A DNA stretch of 52,721 bases from Roseateles sp. (GCA_018780415.1 JADMJQ010000084.1:1-52721); one strand, 5' to 3'; positions 9,900 to 19,911 are shown, counted from the stretch's first letter. Notes: generated from the letters alone by a model not told the origin. Numbers and translations: made by a program.

Positions 9900-10943
9900 T
9901 CATGGCTTGGCCGACGGCACAGCGGTCGGCATAGGCTGCGGCGCACGAATGCGGCGCGAGAAGTCCGCCGCCATATCGGCGGCCTGGGCGCGTGGGTTGA
10001 CATGGGCTTGCGCCTGCAGATCGGCCAGGCTCAGCCCACCGGTCTCCAAGCGCCCTTGCTCATACAAAAACTCGGGCACATGGCCGCTGGCCAGCACCTT
10101 CCAGCTGAACGGCAAACTGCTCGGGTTGATGCGGGCATTGACCCACATATTGGTGGTGCAGTTGGTCGTCAGGCTGTTGTAGAAGGCCGGGCGTTCCTTC
10201 AACTCATTGATCTGCCGGATGTACTCCATGAACAAACGCCGGCTGGCCTCGGGGCTGGCCTTGACGCGGTAGACATAAACGTCCTCCGGCGGGTCCTTGC
10301 GGAAATTGGTGCGCACCCGAATCACATCGCGCTCATCGGCCACGGTGTAGAACAACTCGTACTGGCGGAAAAAGCCCTTCAGCGTCGAATAGCCCTCGCC
10401 CTTCTCGGTGCGGGTCTCGATCGAAAACGCCAGGTGCTGGTCATCGGCAAAGGCAAAACTAAGGAAGACATGGGCAATATGTGGGCCCATCCAATAGGTC
10501 GTGACGACGTCAACCCCTTCCAGCTGGTTCAGATCAAACCGCCGCTCCTCATAGGCCGGCGTGAAGTCAAGCTCGCTGCGGTACTGGAAATTGCGTATGT
10601 TGTGCACGGTGACGAAATTGCCGTCCACGGTCGCGAAGGGCAGCACCGCGACTTCGGCCCGCCAGTCACGGTCGTTCGACGGCTGCAGGCCAAAGTACCA
10701 AAACAGCAGGCCGGCGAACAGCGCGGCGAACCCACCCACCGCCCACCAACGGGCGCCGTGCCAGGCCGGCAGGCATTGGGCCAGCAAGGTCAGCACGGTG
10801 ACCAGGCATAGCCCAAGCACCAGCGCATAACGCAGCGATGCCTGCCCCGGCCCGGCGTAATACAAGGCCAGGGCGCCCCAGCCGGCGCACAGCAGGAGCA
10901 GCAGGCCGAGCAAACCTCGGCCCAGGCTTTCGATGACCGTCAT
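9900..10943 (-). CDS. DUF4105 (Lnb N-terminal-like) domain membrane protein
   Basis: Three N-terminal TMs; PSNDRDW, NIRNF, IAHVFLSF, SIETR, FYNSLTTNCTT. Confidence 0.85.
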   Translation of the reverse strand: MTVIESLGRGLLGLLLLLCAGWGALALYYAGPGQASLRYALVLGLCLVTVLTLLAQCLPAWHGARWWAVGGFAALFAGLLFWYFGLQPSNDRDWRAEVAVLPFATVDGNFVTVHNIRNFQYRSELDFTPAYEERRFDLNQLEGVDVVTTYWMGPHIAHVFLSFAFADDQHLAFSIETRTEKGEGYSTLKGFFRQYELFYTVADERDVIRVRTNFRKDPPEDVYVYRVKASPEASRRLFMEYIRQINELKERPAFYNSLTTNCTTNMWVNARINPSSLPFSWKVLASGHVPEFLYEQGRLETGGLSLADLQAQAHVNPRAQAADMAADFSRRIRAPQPMPTAVPSAKP

Positions 10944-11014
10944 CGCCAGGCTCCGCTCAAGCTCGACCCAGGCCGGACGGCGGACGCCTTGCGGAGCATC
11001 TTCGTCAGCGGCGC

Positions 11015-11611
11015 TTACTTGGCGGCCGGCCGCTCGACGTTGATCGCGATCGCTTCGGTGAAGGCGGCATGCACTTCATCGCCGACCTTCAGCTTGCTGA
11101 TGTCAATGCCTTCGGGCACGAACAGCGAGAAGGTCCGGGTGGCGCCGCGCAGCGTGGCGACCCGGTTCTTCTTGTCCAAGGCCTTCAACACCGCCAGCAC
11201 CTCGACCGTACGACCGGCGGCCATGCCGGGCAAAGCGCCGGAAGCGGACACGGCGCTGCTGCTGGACTCAATGCGCTGGCGAATGCCCGTCGTCTCGACC
11301 TTCTCCAGCTTGGCAGCCACGGCAGCCGCATAACGAACCACCAGCTCGTCACCGACGCGCACTTGTTCAAAATTCTTCACCTCGGCGGGCACCGAGATGG
11401 TTTGCACTTCACCCTTGGGGCCGCGCAGCGTGGCCGTACGGTTCACTTGGTCAACCTCGACCAACTTGGCGCGGACCATCACCTCGCCGGCCTTCAGACG
11501 GGCACCCGGCGCACTGGCCGACATACCGACGGCAGCCACTTGGGCGGTTGCGGCCAGCGGCAAAGCCAGGGTCAAAGCGCAAGCAAGGGCAATACGTGAA
11601 AGTCGAGTCAT
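11015..11611 (-). CDS. Periplasmic protein with two OB-fold-like repeats
   Basis: Signal peptide (ATA-Q); repeated unit D..NR.ATLRG....(V/L)(R/K)VGDE; ATG 11611 after GGAG. Confidence 0.75.
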   Translation of the reverse strand: MTRLSRIALACALTLALPLAATAQVAAVGMSASAPGARLKAGEVMVRAKLVEVDQVNRTATLRGPKGEVQTISVPAEVKNFEQVRVGDELVVRYAAAVAAKLEKVETTGIRQRIESSSSAVSASGALPGMAAGRTVEVLAVLKALDKKNRVATLRGATRTFSLFVPEGIDISKLKVGDEVHAAFTEAIAINVERPAAK

Positions 11612-11740
11612 TGCAAGTTCTCCAGATGTTGACGAGGGTGAAACTGGGCTCATGGCTCTGGCCACGAGCCAAAGACGCAGTGCATTCTAGGCATTAGCCT
11701 GTGACAAATTTCGCCCAATCGGCGAATAAACGCCGCCGCC

Positions 11741-12568
11741 TCAGTTGCGGGCATCCTTGGGCATATTGCCCGCGGCGTAGTCATTTTTTGCACCGGCGAA
11801 GGCCGGGCGCGGTTGGTGCGTCATGAACTCGGCCACGTCGACCGCATCTTGATCACTGAGCGTGCCGCCCTGGCCGAGCGGCATATTGTGTTTGATGAAA
11901 CCGGCCGCCGTGTAGGTGCGCGCCAGCCCGGCGCCGATGTTGTACGAGGCCGGCCCCCAGACCGGCGGGAACAGATAGCCGCCGGCCGGGTTCTTGATGC
12001 CGGCGCCGTCGGCCGCGTGGCAGCTGGCGCATTTCTCGGCATACACCAGCTTGCCATGGGCGGCGTTCGGGATCAGCTTGTTGTTGACCTTGCCCATGCC
12101 GCGCCCCGCCACTTCGGTGCCGGTGGGCACACCCAGGGACAGCCACTGCACGTACATCAAAATGGCATTCATTTCCTTGCTGTCAAAGGCCAGGGCCTTG
12201 CCATTCATTGAGCGCTCGAAGCAGTCATTGACCCGCTCCTGCAGCGAGTTGATGCGGCCACCTCGCGCGCGAAACTCGGGGAACACCCCCCACAGGCCCA
12301 CAAAAGGTGCAGCACCCGGCGTGGTGCCGCCAGCCAAATGGCAGTTGCTGCAGTTGAGGCCATTGCCGACGTTTTTCGGCAGCAGCTTGTGGGTGTCGAG
12401 GATCAGCGACTTGCCCAGCTTGATCGCCTCGCCGGCCGGTCCGGCGGGCAGGCTGGCTTCGTCCGGGGCTTTGAAAGGAGCCGGGCCAGCGGCCAACAGC
12501 GCCGAAGCGGCGCCAACCAAGGGCAAGGCGAACAGCCAACGCAAATGGCGAGTACGAACAATTGTCAT
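11741..12568 (-). CDS. tsdA: Diheme cytochrome c, thiosulfate dehydrogenase/tetrathionate reductase TsdA family
   Basis: Signal peptide; CSNCH and CASCH heme motifs; RVNDCFERSMNG with catalytic Cys; SYNIGAGL; KHNMP. Confidence 0.85.
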   Translation of the reverse strand: MTIVRTRHLRWLFALPLVGAASALLAAGPAPFKAPDEASLPAGPAGEAIKLGKSLILDTHKLLPKNVGNGLNCSNCHLAGGTTPGAAPFVGLWGVFPEFRARGGRINSLQERVNDCFERSMNGKALAFDSKEMNAILMYVQWLSLGVPTGTEVAGRGMGKVNNKLIPNAAHGKLVYAEKCASCHAADGAGIKNPAGGYLFPPVWGPASYNIGAGLARTYTAAGFIKHNMPLGQGGTLSDQDAVDVAEFMTHQPRPAFAGAKNDYAAGNMPKDARN

Positions 12569-12701
12569 GGCCGGATTCCCTTCAATGCTTGACGAACGCG
12601 AGACACGTTCACGCACCAGCATACGCTCGGCTGGCTTGCACTAACGGGAAATCTTTGCGGGGTCTAGCGGCTGCCTTGACGGCCGCCGACTCAAGCCATC
12701 A

Positions 12702-13031
12702 TCAAGCCTCGGGCGCGCCCAGGCGGTCGCCGAAACGCGCCCGCAGCCGCGCCACCACCTCGCCCACCAGGCTCAGCGCCTGTTCGGGCCCCAGCGCCTC
12801 GATCGCCCGCGCCTGATCCGAGTAATGCAGCATCAAGAGCCCGCGCAGCTTGGCAAATGAGGCCGGCTTCTCCTTGCCGCACACCTTGATGTCGCCATGC
12901 AAAACGCGCTCCAGCGCGCCGGGTGTCAGCAAGGGCACATCGCACATCAGCGCGAGCGTGGCGATCTCCTTGTCGATTTCTTCAAAGTGCATGCTCCAAC
13001 GGCCGGCGCGGTAGTCGGGTTCTATGGACAT
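12702..13031 (-). CDS. Hypothetical protein
   Basis: 109-aa ATG ORF with protein-like composition filling the intergenic gap. Confidence 0.6.
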   Translation of the reverse strand: MSIEPDYRAGRWSMHFEEIDKEIATLALMCDVPLLTPGALERVLHGDIKVCGKEKPASFAKLRGLLMLHYSDQARAIEALGPEQALSLVGEVVARLRARFGDRLGAPEA

Positions 13032-13201
13032 GATGCTGAGCCTCGCAATTAGGGTGAATGAACTTTAACGCCCGCTTTGTGACGGTGTTGCGGCAGCGCA
13101 ATACCCGATCACCGGCCGACCGCGCCAGGGGCTTTGCCTGATAGCGCGAGGTCGAGTGACTGGTTTAGCATCGGCCCCGGCTCAAGTCTTGGAGACCCGG
13201 C

Positions 13202-13744
13202 ATGTGCAGAAGATCGTGCAATTTTTCGCCCTCCCCTGCGGCAGCGCTGACGCTATGGGCCACCGCCCTGCCGGCCCAGGCATCTGGCCTCACCGGGCCC
13301 TTGTTGGACACCGTCGCCAACGCGATGTCCTGGTTTGTCATCTGCGTGATCCCGATCGCGGCGCTGGCGGCATTCTGGATGGTGCATGTGATGCCCGAGA
13401 AGATCGCGCACAAGAACCACCACCCGCAGACCAAGGCGATCCAGGTGCTGTGCCTGTTGTCGCTGGTGTTCGGCGGCCTGCTCTGGCCCTTGGCTTGGCT
13501 GTGGGCCTATACCAAGCCGGTCGGATACCGCTCGGCTTACGGCACCGACAAGCATGAGGACTACCACCTCGACATGGCCCGCAAGTACCGCGAAGGCCTG
13601 CTGTCTGACGACGAGCGCCGCCATCTGCGCGACGAGCTCGACACTATGCACGCCAAGGGCGCGCTGGCGCCCGAGCTGAAGAGCCTGCGCGACCAGCTGC
13701 ACGCCCCCGTAGCCAGCGAAGTGATCGTGGAAGGCAAAGCCTGA
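13202..13744 (+). CDS. DUF3302 (YibI/YiaW-like) membrane protein
   Basis: HVMPEKIAHKNHHPQTKAIQVL...LWPLAWLWAY motif; stop overlaps next ATG; start uncertain. Confidence 0.85.
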   Translation: MCRRSCNFSPSPAAALTLWATALPAQASGLTGPLLDTVANAMSWFVICVIPIAALAAFWMVHVMPEKIAHKNHHPQTKAIQVLCLLSLVFGGLLWPLAWLWAYTKPVGYRSAYGTDKHEDYHLDMARKYREGLLSDDERRHLRDELDTMHAKGALAPELKSLRDQLHAPVASEVIVEGKA

Positions 13745-14964
13745 TGGACGCCCTGCTGCTCGGCATCTATGCCTTCTTCGTCTGGCTGATCTTTTTCAAG
13801 TTCAAGTGGCTGCCCTGGACCACCACCTCGCAGGTCGTGGTGGTGACGATTCCCATCGTCGCGCTGACCACCATGATCATGCTGCTCAATGTGTTCGCGC
13901 CGTCGAGCAGCGATGTGCGGGTGATCAAGTACGTGATCAATATCGTGCCGCAGGTTGGCGGCCGCGTCATCGAGGTGCCGGTGGAGCCGAACCGGCCGGT
14001 CAAGAAGGGCGATGTGCTGTTCCGCATCGACCCGAGCAATTACGCGCTGACCGTGCGCGCGCTGGAGGCCCAGCTGGCCAATGCCGAGGCCAGCTCGCGC
14101 GAGCTGGATGAACAGGCCGGCGGTGCGGTGGCGGGCGTCGATGCGGCGCGCGGCGGCGTCAAGCAGGCCGAGTCGCGCATCCGCGAGGTACAGATTCGTC
14201 TCGAGCTGGCCCGCCGGCGTGTGCTGGAGAACACCGAGCTGGTCAAGACCGGCGCCGGTGACCGCTTCACGCTGGAGGCGGCCGACGCCGACGCCCGCGC
14301 GCTGGAGGCCCAACTCGACACTGCGCGCGGTGTGCTGGCGCAGTCGCGCGCGGCCGAGGCGCAGGCACTGGCCAGCCAGCGGCAGATCCGCCAGCGCATA
14401 GGCGGCAAGGTCGGCGAGGAATATGCGCCGGTGGCACAGGTGCGTGCCCAGCTTGAGAACGCACGCTGGCAGCTGGCGCAAACCGTGGTGACGGCACCGG
14501 CCGACGGCTACGCGATCAATGTGCAGCTGCGGCCGGGCAGCTTCACCGCCGCGTTCCCGATCACGCCGGCAATGACCTTTGTCGAGAACAGCCACCAGAT
14601 CATCGCTCTGTACGCGCAGAACGAGCTGCATCAGGTCAAGCCCGGCAACGAGGCCGAGTTCATCCTGCCCACCCATCCCGGCCATGTCTTCAAGGCCAGC
14701 GTCGATTCCATCGTCTGGGCCCAGGGCCAGGGCCAGGTCGCCAACAGCACCCAGCTGCCGACGACCGGCTTCGGGCCGATCGCGCCCGGCCGCTTCCCGG
14801 TCAAACTGACCATCGCCGAGGCCGACGCCGCCACCTTCCTGGCAGCCGGCGCGATCGGCGAAGGCGCCATCTTCACCGATGGCATGGCGCCGCTGCACAT
14901 CCTGCGCAAGGTGCTGCTGCGCGTCAGCACCAAGGTCAACTACCTTGTCTTGAAGCTGCATTGA
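13744..14964 (+). CDS. HlyD-family membrane fusion protein (YibH/YiaV-like)
   Basis: N-terminal TMs; IVPQVGGRVIEV..VKKGDVLFRIDP lipoyl half; coiled coil; VTAPADG. Confidence 0.9.
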   Translation: MDALLLGIYAFFVWLIFFKFKWLPWTTTSQVVVVTIPIVALTTMIMLLNVFAPSSSDVRVIKYVINIVPQVGGRVIEVPVEPNRPVKKGDVLFRIDPSNYALTVRALEAQLANAEASSRELDEQAGGAVAGVDAARGGVKQAESRIREVQIRLELARRRVLENTELVKTGAGDRFTLEAADADARALEAQLDTARGVLAQSRAAEAQALASQRQIRQRIGGKVGEEYAPVAQVRAQLENARWQLAQTVVTAPADGYAINVQLRPGSFTAAFPITPAMTFVENSHQIIALYAQNELHQVKPGNEAEFILPTHPGHVFKASVDSIVWAQGQGQVANSTQLPTTGFGPIAPGRFPVKLTIAEADAATFLAAGAIGEGAIFTDGMAPLHILRKVLLRVSTKVNYLVLKLH

Positions 14965-14978
14965 ACGGGATGCGTGCC

Positions 14979-16370
14979 ATGAAGCTTCTCAGCACCGGCA
15001 TCGCCGCAGCCACCGCTCTGCTGCTGGGCGGCTGCGCCTTGCAAAGCCCGCCCGCCACGCAAGAGCTGGTGGCCAGCGAACTGGCCCATGCCAAGCCGCC
15101 CAGCGCTTGGGCGGGCGGCGGCGCCGCCGGCCCGGTGCAAAGCGCTTGGCTGGCCAGCTTCAATGAGCCCCGGCTGCTCGCCTTGGCCGAGGAGGCGCTG
15201 GCCTATAACCAGGACCTGCGCGTCGCGGCGGCCCGGGTCGACATCGCGGCCACCCAACTGCAATTGGCTGGCGGCGGCCTCTATCCCGAGCTCAATCTGG
15301 TGGGCCGCACCAGCGGCAAGGCGACCGGCGCCTCCGGCCACTTATCCGGTTTGCTCTTGCAGGGATCTTGGGAGTTAGATCTTTGGGGCCGTGTGCGCTA
15401 CGGCCAGCAAGCGGCAGACGCCAACCATGCCTCGGCTCAGGCCGATTTGAACTACGCCAAGCAATCGCTGGTGGCCACCCTGGCCAAGGCCTGGTTCATG
15501 GCGGCCGAGGCGCGCCGCCAACAGCAGCTGAACGCCGAAATGGTGGTGGCCGGCGAGCGTTTGGCCCAGCTGGCCGAAGACCGGCGGCGCGTCGGCGTTG
15601 GCACGGAAGCGGAAGTCGCGCTGGCCTTGGCCAATCTGCAGGGCATGCGTGATGGCGGCGAGCAGATTCATCTCTCACTGAACCAAGCGCGGCGGGCGCT
15701 GGAGGCGCTGCTGGGTCGTTACCCGGCGGCCGAGATCGAGCTGCCGAACGACTTGGCCCTATCGTCGGTCATGCCGGCGATGCCGGCCACCGGCGTGCCT
15801 TCGGAACTGCTGGAGCGCCGCCCGGACGTGATTGCGGCTGAGCGCCGTGTCGCGGCCTCGTTTGCGCGCGTCGGCGAGGCCCAAGCGGCGCGCTTGCCGC
15901 GACTCTCGCTGACGGCCGCACTGTCCACGATTTCAAGCAGCATCTTTGTGCTGCAAGAGCGCGACGATCCCAGCCTCGGCGTTGGCGCCTCCTTGCTGGT
16001 GCCCTTGCTGAACGGCGGGCAGTTGAAGACGCAGGTCGAGCTGCGCACCCTGGAGCAGCGCCAAGCGGTGGCCGCCTTTGCCGCAGTCGCGCAGCGCGCC
16101 TTCAATGAGGTGGAGTCGGCGCTCGCCAATGAGGCCGCCCTGGCCAAGCGCGAGCCCTTGCTGCGCAGTGGCTTGAATGAAAACAAGCGCGCGCTGGTCT
16201 TGGAGCAGCAGCGCTACCAGGTCGGCTCGCGCGATTTGCGCAGTGTTCAGCAGCAGCAGTTGGCGATGCTGGCGGCCGATATCAGCTTGCTGCGCGTGCA
16301 GTCCGAGCAGCGCCTGCAACGCGTGCAGCTGCATCTGGCCTTGGGTGGTGAGGTGCTGGCGGCCAAGTGA
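14979..16370 (+). CDS. Outer membrane efflux factor lipoprotein (NodT/OprM family)
   Basis: Lipobox LGGC; SWELDLWGR; PSELLERRPDVIAAER; LHLALGG. Confidence 0.92.
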   Translation: MKLLSTGIAAATALLLGGCALQSPPATQELVASELAHAKPPSAWAGGGAAGPVQSAWLASFNEPRLLALAEEALAYNQDLRVAAARVDIAATQLQLAGGGLYPELNLVGRTSGKATGASGHLSGLLLQGSWELDLWGRVRYGQQAADANHASAQADLNYAKQSLVATLAKAWFMAAEARRQQQLNAEMVVAGERLAQLAEDRRRVGVGTEAEVALALANLQGMRDGGEQIHLSLNQARRALEALLGRYPAAEIELPNDLALSSVMPAMPATGVPSELLERRPDVIAAERRVAASFARVGEAQAARLPRLSLTAALSTISSSIFVLQERDDPSLGVGASLLVPLLNGGQLKTQVELRTLEQRQAVAAFAAVAQRAFNEVESALANEAALAKREPLLRSGLNENKRALVLEQQRYQVGSRDLRSVQQQQLAMLAADISLLRVQSEQRLQRVQLHLALGGEVLAAK

Positions 16371-16375
16371 TTGGG

Positions 16376-17128
16376 TCAGTGTTTGAGCATCGCCCGGCTA
16401 GCCCGCTTGCGCCGGTGCGCGCCCCAGGCTGTATGGGCAAGCCAGAACAGCAGCAAAGCCAGGATCAGCAGCGCTGGTACAAACAGCAGGCCCGAACTGC
16501 GCAGCGCTTTCGGGAAGACCTGTGGCTGGCCCAGAAAGAGCGCATTCGCCGCGATGAACAAGGCCACCGTCATGCGCCACAGATGGCGGGCGATGCGTGT
16601 GGCACCGCTGACACCGCGCCTCAAGATCAATCTCAAATCACCCACCGCGGCGAGGCTGCCGATGAGCACGAACATGACAAAGGCCTCGGCCGGCTGGCCG
16701 TCGAGCTTGCCGCCTGGGCTTTGCGAGGCCAGCCCGATGAAGAAGGCGGCGGCGGCGCTGAGACTCAGCGAGGTCAAGAGCAGGCCGTAGTCGAAACGAT
16801 CAATCTGGCCGGGCTTGCGCTTGACGGCCATCCAGGAGCTCAAGACCAGATAGAAGGTCAGGATGCCAGCAATCACCGAGGCCCGCTCGGGCGTCGGCAA
16901 GAACGGTGCCACACAGGCGCCGATGCCGGACATGATCAGCATCGAAACGACAAAGACCTTGCCCGCCAGGCGGTGCGCCTGCGAGCCCTTGCGGGCCACA
17001 AAGGCGGCCACGCCGGACAGCAGGCCGACGCTGCCGGCGCCGATATGCAGGTACAGCACTGCCGCAGCGGCGGCGTGAACCAGGGCCGAGCTTTCGGGGT
17101 TGATATAGAGGACGGTCATGTTCTTCAA
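16376..17128 (-). CDS. DUF2306-like membrane protein
   Basis: HIGAG...KGSQAHRLAGKVF; RIARHLWRM; multiple TMs. Confidence 0.75.
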   Translation of the reverse strand: MKNMTVLYINPESSALVHAAAAAVLYLHIGAGSVGLLSGVAAFVARKGSQAHRLAGKVFVVSMLIMSGIGACVAPFLPTPERASVIAGILTFYLVLSSWMAVKRKPGQIDRFDYGLLLTSLSLSAAAAFFIGLASQSPGGKLDGQPAEAFVMFVLIGSLAAVGDLRLILRRGVSGATRIARHLWRMTVALFIAANALFLGQPQVFPKALRSSGLLFVPALLILALLLFWLAHTAWGAHRRKRASRAMLKH

Positions 17129-17172
17129 TAACTCCGCAATTCAGTGGCTAGGTTGGGTTGTTCTTGCTCTGC

Positions 17173-18159
17173 TTACTTTGGCTGACGCGCGAAGAAGGCC
17201 CAGATCATGGCCGGCCCGTTGGGTTCCATCGGTGAGGGGCCCAGCAGCCTTGGCCGCTGCGAGTAGGGCTGCGGCAGGCCATGGCCGCCACCGTGAATGG
17301 TCACCAGTTCGACCTCGGTTTTGCCCTCCTGATTGCGCCAGCGGTTCTGCTCGACGCGCACACCCTCGGTGACGGCTTTCTCGCTGGTCTGGGGCGCACC
17401 GGCCAACTGAGCCCAGTCCGCAAAATACTGCGCCGAGGCGCGTGAGGAAATGATCTCGCCGCCCTTGTAGAACAAGCCCAGCAGATTGATCTCGCCGCCG
17501 GCATAGGGCACCAGCGGGTCCTCGGTGCCGTTCATGATCATCACCGAGGTGGCTTTTTGCGCCGCCGGCTGGCATTGGAAGTTCTCAGGCGCCGGCACAT
17601 TGGCGACCACGGCGGCCACCGCCTTGTAGCGGCTGGGCTGCTCCAGTGCCAAGCGCAGCGCCATCGAACCGCCGTTGGATACGCCGGTCGCAAATACGCG
17701 TGCCGGGTCGAGCGCCAGCTCGGCGACCATTTTGTCGACCAGGGCGGACAAAAAGCCCACATCGTCGCTGCGAACGCCGTTGAACTCCTTGTCACCGATT
17801 CGGCTGCAGTCGTTCCAGTCGGAGCCGTAGGACTTCGGATAGGCGAGCGCGAAACCATGCTGATCGGCCAGACGCTCGAAGGCGTAGCCGGTGCCGACGC
17901 GAATTTGGCCGGGGCCTTCGCCCGAGCCATGCATCACCAAGACCAGCGGCGCGCCTTTGGGCAGATCCTTGGGCACATAGGTCCGGTAGCTGCGTGTCAT
18001 GCCGGCCACTTCAATAGAGCTTTTGGTCAAACTGCCGGACAGCTGCGGCAGTTCCGGTGCGGGCGTGTAGAGAAAGTAGACGAACAGGCCGGCCAACACG
18101 GCCAGCAGGGCAGTCAGGGCCAAGAAGCCTCGCAGCAGGAAACGCAGAAACTTTTTCAT
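17173..18159 (-). CDS. Alpha/beta esterase, PHB depolymerase/LpqC family
   Basis: N-terminal anchor; VMHGSG, DDVGFL, GVSNGG nucleophile, GTEDP, GGGH. Confidence 0.88.
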   Translation of the reverse strand: MKKFLRFLLRGFLALTALLAVLAGLFVYFLYTPAPELPQLSGSLTKSSIEVAGMTRSYRTYVPKDLPKGAPLVLVMHGSGEGPGQIRVGTGYAFERLADQHGFALAYPKSYGSDWNDCSRIGDKEFNGVRSDDVGFLSALVDKMVAELALDPARVFATGVSNGGSMALRLALEQPSRYKAVAAVVANVPAPENFQCQPAAQKATSVMIMNGTEDPLVPYAGGEINLLGLFYKGGEIISSRASAQYFADWAQLAGAPQTSEKAVTEGVRVEQNRWRNQEGKTEVELVTIHGGGHGLPQPYSQRPRLLGPSPMEPNGPAMIWAFFARQPK

Positions 18160-18453
18160 GACAAGGCTCTATTTGAAGCAAGGGGCCGACTGTGCCTGTA
18201 GCGCAGGGACGAGGCCAAGCCATGGCGGATCGGCGACGCCCTTGCAAGGACGAGTGACGCCCGGCCGCGACCAGCGGCGCCGGCGGTCGTCAATCGGCCG
18301 CCGTTCGGTCGTCCGCGCCATTCATCCCGCCGCATCGTGCCTGAAAACCCGCGCCTCGTCGCTCGTCCGAGAGCCTGCGTGGGTGAGCCGGCGGCTCCAC
18401 ACAATCGCCCTGTCCTTAGAAATTTGACCACCCACTTTACCGAGCACCCGACC

Positions 18454-19488
18454 ATGAAAACGCCCTTCATCTCCCATCGCAGTAGGCTTACATTCGCCAG
18501 CGCTACGGCCACCCTGGCCTTATTGAGCACCTTGGGCTCGGCCCAGGCCGCCGTCTTCAAAGATGCGCAGCTGGAGTCGCTGCAAGATGCCGGCAAGTTT
18601 GTCGAACTGGAACAGCTGGCGCAGGCACGCTTGAAGGCCAATGCCGCCGATGCCGAGGCCAGCGCGGCTTTAACCTTGGCCTTGAGCTTCAGCGACGCCG
18701 GTGATGGCAAGCGCCTCGAGGCCGGCGCCAAGCAAGCCAAGCTGTGCACCGAACAGCACCCGAACGTGGCGGTTTGCCACCTGGCCTCGGCGCAGAACCT
18801 CGGCTTGCAGATGCTCAGCATGGGCATGGCCAAGGCCATGCGCAATGTGGGCAGCTTGAAAGAGTCCTGGATCCGCACGCTGGAGTTGGATCCGGGCAGT
18901 TTCACGGCCCGGGTTCAGTTGGCCAAGCTCTATCTGACGGTGCCCGGCATGATGGGCGGCAGCGTGTCCAAGGCCAAGGACTTGGAGGCCGCCGTGCGCA
19001 GCAGCCAGCCCGAAACGGCGCGTCTGATCCGCGTCTACATTGCCGCCGAAGACAAGAAATGGGCCGAGATGGAGAGCGAGTTGCTGGCGCTCAAGCCGAG
19101 CAAGGATGGCGCCATGCTGGAGGAGGTGCGCGAGGCCACCATGCAATTGGCGCGGGTCTATTTGAAGGACAGCAAAGACTTGGCCAAGGCCAAGAGTTTG
19201 TATGAAGGTCTGCACCGCGATCAGCCGAGCAAAGCCAGTGGCAGCTATGGCCTGAGCCGGGTCTTCGCCGCGCAGGGCCAAACGGACGAGGCAATTCGCT
19301 ACCTGGAGCGGGCCAGAACGCTGGGCGGCGCTGACGAACTGCCCGTCGACCACCGCCTCGGTGACGCCTATCTGGCCAAGGGCGACAAGGCACAGGCCAA
19401 GGCGGCCTACGAGCGCTTCATCGCCAACAAACGGGCCAACGCCGCCAATGTCGAAGACGCTCGCAAGAGCCTGGCCAAGCTCGGCTGA
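18454..19488 (+). CDS. Secreted tetratricopeptide-repeat protein
   Basis: Signal peptide (AQA-A); helical TPR-like repeats; PGMMGGS motif. Confidence 0.8.
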   Translation: MKTPFISHRSRLTFASATATLALLSTLGSAQAAVFKDAQLESLQDAGKFVELEQLAQARLKANAADAEASAALTLALSFSDAGDGKRLEAGAKQAKLCTEQHPNVAVCHLASAQNLGLQMLSMGMAKAMRNVGSLKESWIRTLELDPGSFTARVQLAKLYLTVPGMMGGSVSKAKDLEAAVRSSQPETARLIRVYIAAEDKKWAEMESELLALKPSKDGAMLEEVREATMQLARVYLKDSKDLAKAKSLYEGLHRDQPSKASGSYGLSRVFAAQGQTDEAIRYLERARTLGGADELPVDHRLGDAYLAKGDKAQAKAAYERFIANKRANAANVEDARKSLAKLG

Positions 19489-19500
19489 AGGAGAAATCAA

Positions 19501-19911
19501 ATGACCGATCAAGACATTCCCCTCTGGCGCCTGAACCTGTTGCGCGCCTTCTATTTGCTGATCACGGTGGGGCTGGCGCTCAGCTGGGGGCCAAGCATGC
19601 TGCAGCACAGCGAGCTTTGGGCACAGCGCCGTGGCGAGTTGGCGGCAATGTTGATCGGCTTGGCCATGCTCTGTGTCTGGGGTCTGCGCTACCCGCTGCA
19701 GATGTTGCCGCTGCTAATTTTTGAGCTGGTCTGGAAAATCCTCTGGATCTTGCTCATCGCCTACCCACTGTGGCTGGGTGGGGCGGTCACGCCGGGCGTG
19801 GAAGGTTCCTTCTATGCCTGCTTGGCCGGCGTGGTGCTGACGCCGCTGGTGCTGCCTTGGCGCTATATCGCGCACCACTACTTTCGAAAGCCTGCTCAAC
19901 GCTGGCGTTAG
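19501..19911 (+). CDS. Small integral membrane hypothetical protein
   Basis: AGGAG RBS; GLRYPLQMLPLLIFELVWK; four TMs. Confidence 0.75.
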   Translation: MTDQDIPLWRLNLLRAFYLLITVGLALSWGPSMLQHSELWAQRRGELAAMLIGLAMLCVWGLRYPLQMLPLLIFELVWKILWILLIAYPLWLGGAVTPGVEGSFYACLAGVVLTPLVLPWRYIAHHYFRKPAQRWR

